Assembly: GCF_964204645.1 (NCBI RefSeq)
Contig: NC_134029.1
Location: 12,116,850-12,180,849, forward strand
DNA from: Tubulanus polymorphus
Lineage: Eukaryota; Animalia; Nemertea
DNA: 64,000 nt
Reading direction: 5' to 3'
Part shown: positions 52,001-64,000 of the stretch, piece after piece
Layout: each line of letters opens with the position of its first letter
How positions within the stretch are numbered: the first letter of the stretch is position 1
Position numbers and translations under genes: made by a program
Notes under the pieces: generated by a model
What the model was told of the DNA's origin: nothing
What the model saw: the letters and a program-made list of their open reading frames with translations, nothing else
The model's database searches: none

Positions 52001-54427
52001 AGGCCTATCTAATGGCGGTATTGTCAGTAGCCGAGATATCTGAGACTTTGATGTAAAATTGCAGAAACAATCCTTATACCATTTCACATCCATCCATTGG
52101 TCATCAGAAAGGGATAACATTTTTTCTATCAAAAATCTATTTAATTTATCCCCTAAATTCAAGCGTTCTTTGGCTGCCTCTATGAATGACGTCTTTCCAT
52201 TCTCGTTTGCGATTCTGGTTCCAACATCATTTTTGATTTGTTGGCATATGCAACAGGCAGCACAGCGTTTTTTGCGAGGAATTTCATAATCACCATCCAT
52301 CATGCTGAGAAGAAATGGTTTAAAATCAGTTTCAGGCCCGTACACAGATTTTATTTAGAGTGGCTGTTCTACATAGGGAAACGATTGTGATTGCTTTTTT
52401 ACTTTTGAGATTGATAGGGACTAAAAGTGCCCTTTTTTGCTTTTATGGAATTGGTGAACGACTGAATGTACCATTTTGTTGAAAATTATCTACCTCGTCT
52501 TGTAAAAATAATTAAGCCCGAAGACCTTTTTAGTCTGCTATTGTGCCCTATACCACTTTGACAACATTTTAATTGATTTTGGTCATTAAAACTACAAACT
52601 TAGTAGGCCTAATGTGAATGGTATACGGACCACATGTCGGACACGGAATGTGGAAGGTTTTTTAGACGTTGAAAATTTCACCTAAGGGGGTTCCTCCAAA
52701 CTCATGTACAGGCCTAAGTCTGCAGATTTAAACACGGGTCCACCGACTATCAGTCGGTAAAGAACCTGGAACTTCACGGGGCCTCACAAATTTAACATGA
52801 CTTTAGACAAAAAGACAAAGGAATTGGTGCAAGCAGCTTAAGCTGTATAATTAAAGGGTTTCTAGAGATCTAGCAAATTATTCAAACCCTTCCGCCTCAA
52901 CTGTGTCATTTCACTTATAATTTAGAAACTATTGCTGCCAGGCCCGGGCTTGGTCTACATAACATAGTGATAATTATTTGGGGCTTTCAGCAACAAAAAT
53001 GTCCATACATTGACAAAATCAAATAATATTATATGAGGCCTGCCTACCTATTATTTATTTGCCTACCTATTCTCCACTCAAATATCTTAGAATTCCATCC
53101 TTCCTCCAACTATTGAATCCCATCTTTTCTTAATCATAGAGTCTCATTCCTTCTTCATGATATTTTCAAGCCAACACTGACAATCGTTGTTGCCGTGTAA
53201 ATTATTGAAACTGTTGCAATTTCTTCATCAAAAATTGATCAGTCAAACTACAACTATGAAATATTTCATTGATACAAGTTTTGGTGATAATGAAGTGTCT
53301 ATTATTCGAAAGACAATTATTTTCAATGAACAGCGTATATCCTGACAAAAATCATTCAACACACTCCAACGTTAGGATCATTAATGTAATGCCCTTAAAG
53401 TAATGCCCTAGAAGTAAAGAAAATTCAAGGAATTGCCTCAAAAATGAGCTTTCATTCGACAAATTCGGTGAAAGGGTTCAAAAGATATGGGAGAAAATCT
53501 ATTTTTTCAAATAAATGCATAAAATGTATGGTTACCATGGTGACAACGTTTAGTTATGATTTACTCGTGAACGAATATGGAATGATTTTAAAATTTTAAA
53601 GGAAAAAGATTAAATATGGTTTTAAATAAACGCATCCTCAATTAATCCATTGGTTACGTCAAGAATGTGGACAAATTACGCGATTTTACTGCAATTGCAA
53701 CAATGGTTACCATTGTTGCAATTCAGTTGTTTGCAAGACGTAGTAATAAGCGGTCCAATACATGGTTGAAGACTTTAGGCAAGTTTGAGGACATTTGGAA
53801 TGTCACGAAAGACCCAACGCCCAAAATACCGGTACCTGACGAATGAAGAACGCAGATTTGAAGTGTTGTTACCATAGAAACCAATAAACAGTTAATCGCG
53901 ATATTGACCAAGTACATACGAGTTATAAGTAAGTTTAAAGAAATATCAAAATAATCAACAAAAAACATTAACAACATCACTATTTGAGCCAATAACCTTT
54001 AAAATGAATATTTTATAAGAAATTCGCTATTTTCAAGGGAATATTACACGATTGTTGCTGCTGTAACTAGGTAACAAATGAACGTTTGCATAAAATTAAC
54101 GTAGCGCTATATGCGCTGCAATCCCCCAACTCAGAAAAGGTTTAGATTGTAAAATTACTCCAAACCTAAGATGAGATATTCGAATTATTTAGCAAAAGTA
54201 GTTTAAAGTGTATTTCCTTGCCAAATGAAAATGAAGATGTTTAAATTTCAAAATGTCTGACTTTAACGCCCCCTGTAGGCCAAAAAACGAAAAAATTGTA
54301 AAAGGCATCCACCACACATGATAGCTCACATACTCTGCTATCAAATGAGCACGGATGCCAAGCTGTAACAAAAAATGCCGTGATTGTCGAATTTTAGGAT
54401 AGTTTTTTAAGGTTGGCTGGCTGACTA
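46028..54427 (-). mobile_element. Academ DNA transposon, full length, ~1-kb TIRs, 3-bp TSD AGG
   Basis: TIRs 46028-47041 and 53403-54427 starting TAGTCAGCCAGCCAA; AGG on both flanks; empty site GAGG|GCCTAAAA in K1 copy 1 near 14960. Confidence 0.93.
47062..52303 (-). pseudogene. Multi-exon Academ transposase with XPG/PIN-like nuclease domain and C-terminal Cys-rich (CXC) domain; some disruptions
   Basis: AFDNID, GDQPLY, LGHLH, GKAYYRAIRGH, RTGNWQLHL, DHYNY, VVDG, VVFDRY, EESDNRI, DDTDI, HALTGCDSTS, CKCKTDCSRANCKC..CTSACGC; apparent frameshift at poly-T ~51855; exact exon boundaries not fully resolved. Confidence 0.88.
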
Positions 54428-54678
54428 AGGGCCTAAAAAACATTTTTGACTGCAGAAATGAATATATTACACATTAATATGTATGTCTGACCAGGGAAGT
54501 GTGATGATGTCATCACACTTCCCTGGTCTGACAAAAAGGAGGATCCAAATCGGATAACTGACAGAGAAAATAGGAGAATTCCAGTTTCAACCGTTGGAGC
54601 TCTCCACTGCACTATTGCTTCATGGGTATTGCCATCTTTGACATTGATTGGGCTTTTATACTGCTCCTCGGCCTTTAA

Positions 54679-55111
54679 ATCGGTAATTTCTTTATTATGA
54701 CTGGCTTTTAAATCAGAGATTGTCTGATCTCTCCCTTTGCTGCCAGTCTCAAGATCATACAATCTTTCCTCGGTGCGACGAACAAGGTTTTCAATTTGTA
54801 GGGTATGTGCATGTAATCTAACATCTATTGTGTCAAGAATGTCTTTTTAATGTTGGTGAATGAGTCTATCTTTGAAGTCATTTCATCAACTTTGTCAGAT
54901 AGCCTCATCATCCCCTCTTCGAATGTTTCAGTGTCACTTTCTGTTTCAGTGTCAGTAGAGCTGCTTGGTCTGTAGCGTTTTTGTTTCTTGGATTGCGATT
55001 CTGTTCTAGACTGTTTTTATTAGTATCTGAATTTGTTTCCATAAAAATGTCTGATGATACGTTCAGTTCTTCGTTACAGACAGTTGACTCTTCAGCTATA
55101 GCAGTAAGCAT
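54679..55111 (-). pseudogene. Possible LINE ORF1 N-terminal coiled-coil fragment
   Basis: Fragmented coiled-coil-like frames (IENLVRRTEERLYDLE..) cut at the K1 TTAA; weak. Confidence 0.35.
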
Positions 55112-55895
55112 ATATAAGTGTTATAAGAGTTATAAGTGTTGTTCAAACTTGATTCGTTGATGCATGCATCGTTGCACACATCATTGTTGCTGGCAAGATC
55201 ACCACTATCGCCTATAGTTTACTTTGATCCACCAAACATACCACCAAACATGTCTTTCAAGCTTGTTTGTGTTGACATTTCAAGCAGCTGATTGATTTCC
55301 ACAGAAAAGTGTCAGGGTGAATGAATGAGAACTGATCACTAGTAAATCACACTTGAAATAAGGTGTCAGAACATAGAATATTTCAAAATCCTCAAATTTT
55401 ACATTTTACGCGTTAAGATTCGTTTTTCTAGGGCGCAAAAACGAATATTATGGAGCAAAAATGAAAGTTCGTGTTTTTCAATGGCGCAAAAACGAAAAAT
55501 CATAGAGCAAAAACGAATATTTTGTTTCTGCTCTATAATATTTTTAGTTTTTGCGCGGTAAAATTCGATTTTGCTAGGGGGCAAAAACGAAAAGTTCGTT
55601 TTTGCTCTAAAAGTTTCGTCTAGCGTTTTTCTGTAATCAAGGAGCTCGTGTAAAAATTATTGCGTTCGGCCCTTATCAGCCACCACAGTGGAATGAACTG
55701 GTCACTACGGTCTTCAATTCCTTTGTGGATTCTTGCAGCTGATGGGAATATATTTAAACCAGTGTGCAAGTGTACGTTTCAAATCATGCTTATTTGTCAT
55801 TGGCAGTTAAAGTTGTCACTTAAGCACAACTGTCTCAGATGCCGTAAAGCGCAACTGTCTCAGATGCCGTAAGTAATTCACGTTTTGTGTAATTG

Positions 55896-56778
55896 TTTTT
55901 AGGCCAGCCTTAGACTGAGCCTATTACTATACAAATGGAGCGAATTTAAATGACATGGTTTCCAGAGGAAAGGCTCTTTTACTTTGCAACTGAGCATATA
56001 TTCATACAAATCATTCAATAAAGCATTATCCATTCTCCAAACTCTAAGTAGCTGAATTTTGAAAGAGGGTCTCGTTAAAATTTATATGAGCTTTTTTGCG
56101 AATATCTGATCGCAAAAATATTGGTTTTGAAAAGCCAATCAGAAAGCAAAGACTCCTCTATGATTGGCTTAGCCGCAGAAATCAGCAGGTGTTCACGTGA
56201 ACCCGCTGTATCGTCTACCGTTCTACTTCCGGGTTTTATTTTAAGATCTAACATTGTATTTTAAGATCGATTTCTGTGAAAGCTTTAGTTGACTTGGTTT
56301 TTTGGAGGAACATTTTTATTCGCACAGAAAATATCATTGACCATTGTGCAAAGTCCGGGAAAAATAGCTTTTTCTTAAATCGAATAGATGACCTTGATAT
56401 GCTAATTAGCCATGTGCTCAAACTACAAATTCAATCAAATTTTATTCCGCAAAAATATCAAATTCAATTGAATTTTACTTTATTGAACAAAAAAACCATC
56501 AAATCCAATTCAATTTTGAGCAAATTTTAGAAAATTCAATTCTATTCCGCATTAAAATCAATAAGACCAAGGGAAAAGATTTATGTGAGGTATTTGTTCC
56601 TGCCAGATCCAGTCGCTGTCTGTGCTACTTTTGTTTTCTACAATTATATTGTGTAAATTATTAGGTATTGATTCTGAGCTGGGAGTGTATTTTGACAAAT
56701 TTAACCCACAGAATGCATCATCATTAGCCATTTTATGAAAAGCTGACAGGCTGGCCATAGTGCCCCTTAGGGCTGGTT
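55896..56778 (+). mobile_element. Family A Helentron-associated element, copy 3
   Basis: Colinear with 1862-2750 including both termini. Confidence 0.8.
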
Positions 56779-59723
56779 TTTTTCTAATGCCATATTTACA
56801 ATATTTGGATATCAGTTGTGCTAACGTGCATGCAAAATTGGATTCATTGTTATTATGGGATGATAATTCATGGGCGTCAAGAGTCCTGAGACATACCTTT
56901 GATATGAAGCTCTTAAAATTTTATCAGGGACTTGTTTTTGAGTAAAACGAATAGCCCGTAAAATACCAATGCCACATCGCTAAACGGTGTCTATTCTCCG
57001 TGAGACAGTAGTAATAGATTTTTCACGACAAACGCACGATTTAGATTGGTCTCCTAAAATATCTATAATTAAGTAATTCTTACATGTGATCGCGTGGTTA
57101 CAGGTGGAAAGACAGGGTTCATAGTTGTCAGGCCTTGGTTAAAATCAAGACTTATCATCACCTTTGCCAAGTGAAAATCAATACTTTTTTAATCAAATGC
57201 GCAAGCCATCAACAAGTGTCACACGGAAACTTGAGTCCCATGTAAAGTTCATGACAATGATTTCTTAACACGACTACTATATCTATTCAAAACAAAACTC
57301 GAATTACATAGAATTGTTTGACTCTACATAAATAATATATATGCTGATACATGTACCAGTATCTTTTCGAAAGAACACAACTATGAAGATGCTTCAATCT
57401 TAAAAATTATACCGTAAATTGCAATAATCATTAAAATCAGAATCTACAAAGCAAATTCTGTCTGAACAATTTGGAACTTAAAATCTCAACCTATTAATAA
57501 AGTCAAATATCATATAGGCAGTACGAGATGATGAATGTACATGTTTACAATGATAGAGACTTAATTAGCTCTTTTTGAGCACTTATTCTACTTACTATGT
57601 CCGTCAATTCTTTTTGCTTTGTATTATAAAGGCACGAGCTTCTGCAAACCTGGTTGAAGTGCTGGCCTGTTTTGCACAAGTGTCAGCCGACATGGTAAGA
57701 CATTGGACATCAATTTCAATAAACCGTTTCTTGGCACATAGATCATCCAGTGTGTCCTGTTCCATTTTTCGTTTGTTCCTGATGAGAGAATCCGCATTTT
57801 TGTCCCTCTTCTCCTTTAGATAGTTAGTATATCTACTATGAGATGATGTAACAGATGCAAGAAGCCCTGCTGTCAATGGTACTTTCATAACACCACCAAC
57901 ACTCGAAATATAGTCACAAATGAGCCTTTGTGCGATATTAGACTCTTCTGCCAGATTATCAGTTTCAACTTGTCGGTTGATCGAAAACCCGCGTTCTACT
58001 GTCGCTTGACCGTGCGATAATAACAATAAATTTTTTACCACACTCCACACATGTACATATTCCCTTTTGCCTTTCATTTTCTTATACATGAACTCATCCA
58101 GTCGATTTTTAGTTTTGTTGAAATCAACAAATTCTGCTGGTTGAGACACAGAGCTGTCAATGAACTCCCCTAATTTACTTAATATTGTATCACATAAACC
58201 TTCTTCCACATGTTTAGTATGTGCCAATGAATTGAGAACTTGACTGAATTTATTTTTTGCATAATCAGGTTTTGAAACCATAAAATTCGGATCTAAACAA
58301 ACAATATTACGTATCTATGTGTATCTCACTGGTGATTTCAGAATGATGTGACCGACTGTTGCTGATAGAAAGTCCTTTACCTCACATCGAAATTCATAAA
58401 TCTGACATTCACTTATTTTGTTAATAGCCTTCATTTCTTTAAGCTGTTTGTCCGCAGCGAAACCAACATCTACCAACTTTCTATCAAAATGAATTTTCCT
58501 GTCTTTTACATCAAGTTTAATGATTTTAGCCAGGGTATCATCATCCCTCATTATATCCCTACAAACAAATCGCTCCATCAGTGTCTTTAGTATCAGGTGA
58601 ATGTCCCCACTTAAAAAAGGGATCATTGAGTGGTCTGTTTGATAGATGGTAAGAAATGGTTTCATAACCATAGCGATAGACAGAATAGCCTTCGGTTTTA
58701 CTTCTATCAGGGTATCGGTGACAGCATTCTTGATGACTTGATACGACGCACACTTTGGCTTGTCTACTGATTTGAATTTAGTTTCAACATGTTCGACATA
58801 TAATGCAACCTTTGGCCATATCAGTAGCGCCCGTTCCGCACAAGGTGTATTATCGATCCACCTGAAAATAATTGGCGACACTGACTTCAAGCTTATAAGT
58901 TAGAATATATATGTAGTAAGGAATGTATCTGATTGAAAGGCGGGCACATGGATTTTGATCCACTTAATAGAATGCCAACAATAGAAATCAAGTTTTTAAC
59001 TCACCTATGCCGGCAAAACTTTAACGGAAAAGTTTCACTTTCGGTTATCTTCATGAAATCCGATCGACGTGCTGGTGCATCAATGAAAAGATAGTAGAGA
59101 CTACTTAACAACGACTTAATATTCCACGAAGTATCAGTTGTTCCCTATTTGAAAGAATTATGAATCGTGTGAATTCCACATGAGCCAAATTCAAGATGTG
59201 CACAGTTTCTGTTGAATTCTGTTGCGATTTCATTCGATAATTTGGAATAAAAACTTCAGTTAACATTGGGGCCATCAATGGATAACTGCCAACAGTTCTT
59301 TAGACTAATGTCGAAATCAGATCTGAATGCCGACAACATATCATCGGCTGTAGCATGGCCTAAGAACGAAGAGTTGTAGTACATAGACCTAATACAATCG
59401 CCATCCCACTGTCTCACTAGCTTATCAAGTTGTTTACTTTGAGTTTTTTTACTCGTCAAATAACAACACGTATGGCTCATCGCTTCCAATTTTATTACGT
59501 AACTAAGTTTTCAGATACGGATATATGCCAGATCTAGCAACATAGGCACATTTTCGTTCACTCATGGACAAATTGTTGATAAGTTCAGATTCAGGAAACA
59601 TTGTTTTGAACACATCTCTGGTAACCTCACATGATTTGTAAGAGTAATGGTTTTGTATTACATTCAGCACCCATAATGTTTCAGCCCTAAGAGCTGCAGC
59701 CTTGTCATACGTATATCCTGCTG

Positions 59724-60455
59724 CAAAAACCGTAATGTTTCCAATGTCTCCGTTTTTAACGCATGCGCATTAGTGAGTGTTGGGGAAATTCTCTAAGTCC
59801 AGAAATCGGTTGAGTGCGCAGGCGTCACTACATGTCAGAACTTTCAAAACTGGGTCATGTCAGTACGCATAATGAATGTGTGTTTTGATGACTTCAATGT
59901 TTCCGTTTCAATTAGATTCGAATCCCACAATAAATAATTATCTTATTCCAATTCGATTTGATCATTGATGACCCGAGTGTCACTCGTTTATTTTTGCGGC
60001 GCTACCAGATTCGAGCACCGAAAAATACTGAACTTATTTCAATTCAATTTGAACTTTGATGACTCCAGTGTCGCTGATTTATTTTATACGACGCTATCAC
60101 GTTCGAATCCCGAAAATGCTGATCTCGAAATGGTAACCATTATGAACTTTGGTGCACTTTCTATGGTGATCCCAATGTCACTGTTATTTTATTTGGACAA
60201 TTCATTTAATTGTATTAACATATAATACGCAAGCATATGATACGAGATTATTTAGACACCACGATCCCGCTGCTAAAGTTCACGCTGGTTCATTTCAAGC
60301 GAATACCGCATTGACATGACCCAGTTTTGAAACATGTAAACACTGTCATGACGCCTGCGCACTGTACTGATTTCTCGACTTAGACTTATCCAACACTTAC
60401 TAAGCCTAATGCGCATGCGTTAAAAACGGAGACATTGGAAACATTACGGTTTTTG
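59724..60455. mobile_element. MITE with long TIRs inserted in the hAT transposase
   Basis: CAAAAACCGTAATGTTTCCAATGTCTCCGTTTTTAACGCATGCGCATTAG and its exact reverse complement; degenerate IR extends ~150 bp; flanks CTG/CTA. Confidence 0.9.
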
Positions 60456-60654
60456 CTACTCTGCTATAGTCGGCAAACTACTACTGCTACTACTATTCGG
60501 CACACTTCTACTGGTCTCAGTCATCGATCTCGGATTCACAGGTGCCTCATTGTTGCGAGTACTGCTGAAAGAACAATTACATGATCATGAATGAATGAAA
60601 AACTTTTTTACGAGACCCGCAGCTGATGAAATTAAATGTGGGCCCTATATTATG

Positions 60655-61761
60655 CGGTGTTGTCATATCGCGGAATGACGGAATCGCGGAATTTTTTAAA
60701 AACACGGAATTTCTTCACTATCACTATAATAAATAGTAACTGGATTTTCCCGCGGGGATAACCGGTATCGAATCGAAATTCTATCTGACATTATTTTATG
60801 ATACCGTTCACTGGCTGTCAGTTAGCAGCTGCAGCAGCAGTCAGATTGTAGTCGGACAAAGAGATCGGTGCCAGGGCAAACAACGGTTATCGATGTTAAT
60901 CGACTTTTTGCGATCTTAGTAGGTTTGCGCATGGTCGCACTAGGTTGGGCCGTACGTAGTTTTAGATGGCTGCAAAGGTGAAATGTGCTAACCAAACATG
61001 ACCGCGGTTCCTTAAAAATTATTTTGATAGAAACCGCCGTCTAGTACCAGTAATATGTTTTTGTCCCAAGGAATCAACACAGAGAAGCAACTAAGTAACA
61101 GCTTTCTCTTCACAAATAACGGAATTGAAAAAAGATACCATTTTAAATATAATCTTTAATATCATTTAATTCTTATTAACTCTTCTAGATACAGCACACT
61201 CGCATAAATCACAATTTAGATGCTCGAGACGCATTAAAAATCCAGAGCATAAATAATGATCTGTTCCCGTCTGACATCGTTCATTTTGGGATTTTTCTCT
61301 TGACCGTATAAAAATCTTAATACGACCAGTGGAGTGGAGCAGTGCAGTCTAAATAAACTATCGTTTTTATATCCATTTTACAATGTTGTATTCATTAGAT
61401 TAATTAAAGGTTTATTAATGGTAACATACACAGAGCTCGTAGACGCGGTCTCACCCGACGCACTGCCTTGGGCACAGGCCCAGGCCCGATGCAAAAGTTA
61501 CTGTGATGGGGTCAGCAGGCAATGTTGATAGATTAATTGCCTACGTAGGTTCTCCATTTTCTCGTTTGGAAGTATCGTTAATTTGTTGAGTGACAATAGT
61601 AATAGATAAGATCGCATATGCCTACCAGGTACCGGAAATGAAAACATGTGTCCACATGAATCGCGGATATCCTGTGGAAAAACACCGTTACTATCCATCG
61701 TGAAAATGAAGAAATTCCGTGTTTTTCTGCGATTCCGTCATTCCGCGATATGACAACACCG
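60655..61761. mobile_element. Non-autonomous DNA element with 8-9-bp TSD inserted in the hAT transposase
   Basis: TIR CGGTGTTGTCATATCGCGGAATGACGGAATCGC; flanks TATATTATG / TATATTATT. Confidence 0.88.
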
Positions 61762-63505
61762 TATATTATTATAAGTATTTTCCAGATTCGAGCTGGTAGA
61801 AAGTTTCTCAATTATTAATATTTTATGTCTTTGGGTTTGACATAACAATGGCAGGCAATGTGACTGCTGATTTCTTGATCGATTGCATTGCTTTTTTATG
61901 TTTTTTTCTAAGCATATGTTTTTCGAGAGCTGTTTCACCACCGTTGCTCACGTCAAGAAAGCACATGCAGGCTTTGCACCTTGCTTTCCATTTGTCGGTA
62001 GTTGGATCGAGCCACTCTTTTTACTGATCATTGACAAGCCAGGCTTCATTGAACTTACACCTGCCCATGACACTAACCCTAAACAAAAATAAAACTGACT
62101 ATTCATCAGCAAATTCCATAAAAATGCTATTTCCAAATAGACTAATTGACAAAATTAAATAAGCAGGTAGGCCTAGCCTAAGTATACGCAATTTTTTCCG
62201 CCAATCATTAAATGCTAAAACAGAAAGCTTCGCGTGAGCGAGGGATTTGCTTTAATCAGATATATAACAACGTTTATATATCAGCGCCAACTGCACTCAT
62301 AGATTAGACACACACAATTTATTTTCTAAAAAGGCGGGAATCGCTCACATAGTAATGCCTGCTGTGTAACACGCGCCTGTGCGTCTAGTCTAGTAACACA
62401 TTACTGCAGAGTTCAATCAGTGAAGTAAGTAGCGAGCCATGTGGTGGTTAAGCGCGTGATTGGCACACAGCCAAGATTGAAGAAATCCTGTATACCGGTA
62501 GATGCCGCGCGCATGTGTGTTGTAGAACATAAAAAGATTTATGACCTTTACTGAATATGATTCAGGACGGGAAAACAGGGGACCTTTAAACATGCGCGAG
62601 AAGTAATGCAACACACGCGTCAGCTCATGCGAGCACGTGACCTTAGTGACAGCAGGTTCGAATCCCACAAAAGGAAAATTCATCGCCCCCGACGCACATG
62701 GCGACAACGATCGAGATAGACCAAAACAAACATACTGTTACCGCAAAGTCAGAATCCATCCATCCACAAAATGTCAAAAAATACAAACAAATACTGACTT
62801 TTAGTTTATTTCATAAAAAAACAAGACAAATACTGGCTATGATTTTTTTTTCAAATATACAAATAAATACCGACTTGAAAGACCCGCTACGAACCCTGGA
62901 ACAGGTCAGATGGCATGAAAATCGACTGTGGCTGACTAATTGGTGCGAGTAGATCAGGCGTTGATGTTTCAAACGGTGTAGCCAAAATGATTGTATCATC
63001 AGGGGTAGACAAATTATCCGAAGAAAAATGAAAAATTCACCTCGTTGATCGTCAGTTGATTTTGCTGTATTTTTTTCGCCTAAAAACACATCATTCAGTT
63101 CAAAATCTGTGTTCAGTAGAATTTCTTTCAATAAAACGAAAATTTATTTGACTAACTTTTATGTATTCAAGATTGAATTTGAAATGATCTTAAAACCAGA
63201 GAAAGCATTCTCAGAAATTCAGAAAATCCTAGAGTCATAATCAAATTCTGTGAAGTCAGTTAAGGTCTCGAATCAAGCCAAGGGCTCAGGTGGCCTATAC
63301 GCTGGGCCGAAACGTCGCGTGGAAATTTGCATTTATTTATTTAGTGCACCTTCAGGACTCTCCATCCCTCCGTCCGTCCCTCCATCCCTCCCTCCTTCCC
63401 TATTTCCCTCCCCCTCCCCTATGTGGAATGTACATAATGAAAGAGTTTAGAGTTATCTCCATAATATCAACGTTATCTCCGATCTATTTTGTCTACTATT
63501 TACAG

Positions 63506-63670
63506 GGACATTTTTGTGGAATCTACATAACAGTGCATTCCGCTGTAATGAGAGGGGTGAAAATGTTCTAGATGGTGGAGCACACTTTTATGAAGTCTAC
63601 CTAACGAATGATGGCAAATACATGGCTGTTGGAGCCCTCGAACCAAAATTCTATAGGAATCTTTTGAAAG
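63506..63670 (+). CDS. AMACR: Alpha-methylacyl-CoA racemase, next coding exon (phase 1-1)
   Basis: TTTACAG acceptor, AAG|GTTGGA donor; encodes (G)[54 protein letters not shown], matching the AMACR LDGGAPFY..DG..MAVGAIEPQFY motif. Confidence 0.93.
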
Positions 63671-64000
63671 GTTGGATTACTTATTGGACACTATTTTAAT
63701 CTGAATTATCTGAAATCTAGTGGCACATTTGATAAGAACATATTAGGTGTCACTGAACTCAATTCAAAGGCTTTTGAGACTAATATAGATGAAATAATTC
63801 ATACAGTAAACGTGGGCTAACTTGGATTCAATTGCGAGACTCGCCTTTCTCGTAGTATTTCTCTAGGTCCCAATATAAAAAATCAGTAAAAGTGACCCAA
63901 CACAAGTCTTAGTTATGGATAACAAAATACGTTGAGAAGTCAGAAAGAGTTTTTCTTTTTCGTCCGAGTTAGTCATATTTAAGTTAGGTGAGGTTAACTG

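Larger units (their letters stand above)
45432..54674. mobile_element. Kolobok-like family K1, copy 2 (interrupted by Academ)
   Basis: TTAA|AGGCCGAGGAG ... CTCCTCGGCCT|TTAA; colinear with 10860-11160 + 14674-15164. Confidence 0.75.
57113..62898 (-). mobile_element. Decayed hAT-superfamily element (short TSD, hAT5-like) with BED-finger transposase pseudogene
   Basis: TIR CAGGGTTCATAG / CTACGAACCCTG; ATG 62068 (-) MGRCKFNEAWL..*..ARCKAC..LEKHMLRKKH; SIDGPNVN, SCGIH, PARR, RW, SHGQATVERGFSIN; empty site GGTGGAAAGAGGTCAG at ~35045. Confidence 0.85.

Noticed and set aside
62432-62670. Pol III A-box-like (TGGTGGTTAAGCG) and B-box (GGTTCGAATCCC) motifs
   Set aside because: About 200 bp apart, no cloverleaf found, inside the hAT terminal region; insufficient for a tRNA or SINE call
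63360-63420. Pyrimidine-rich (CCCT)n tract upstream of the AMACR acceptor
   Set aside because: Simple repeat; a splicing or G-quadruplex role cannot be supported from sequence alone

Overview
AT-rich eukaryotic (invertebrate metazoan-like) genomic DNA; no prokaryotic operons, CRISPR arrays, rRNA or convincing tRNA genes. The only host-gene content I can support is two + strand coding exons of an alpha-methylacyl-CoA racemase (AMACR, CaiB/BaiF family) gene, at 9733-9915 and 63506-63670. They splice in frame across an apparent 53,590-bp GT-AG intron. That intron and the upstream 9.7 kb are packed with nested mobile elements: a decayed Polinton/adintovirus-like fragment (capsid + integrase), many Helentron-associated non-autonomous elements (HINE/DINE-like), TTAA-flanked Kolobok-like elements, MITEs, CR1-like LINE remnants, piggyBac remnants with a 59-bp satellite, a solo LTR, a near full-length BEL/Pao retrotransposon, an Academ element with ~1-kb TIRs and a decayed hAT-like element. 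The most notable item is the only intact transposase gene (predicted 916 aa, two exons, 20960-23905). It has a hAT-like DDE/CxxH core and a C-terminal segment resembling a Spindlin (Spin/Ssty) Tudor histone-reader repeat. All family assignments come from motif recognition by eye, not database searches.
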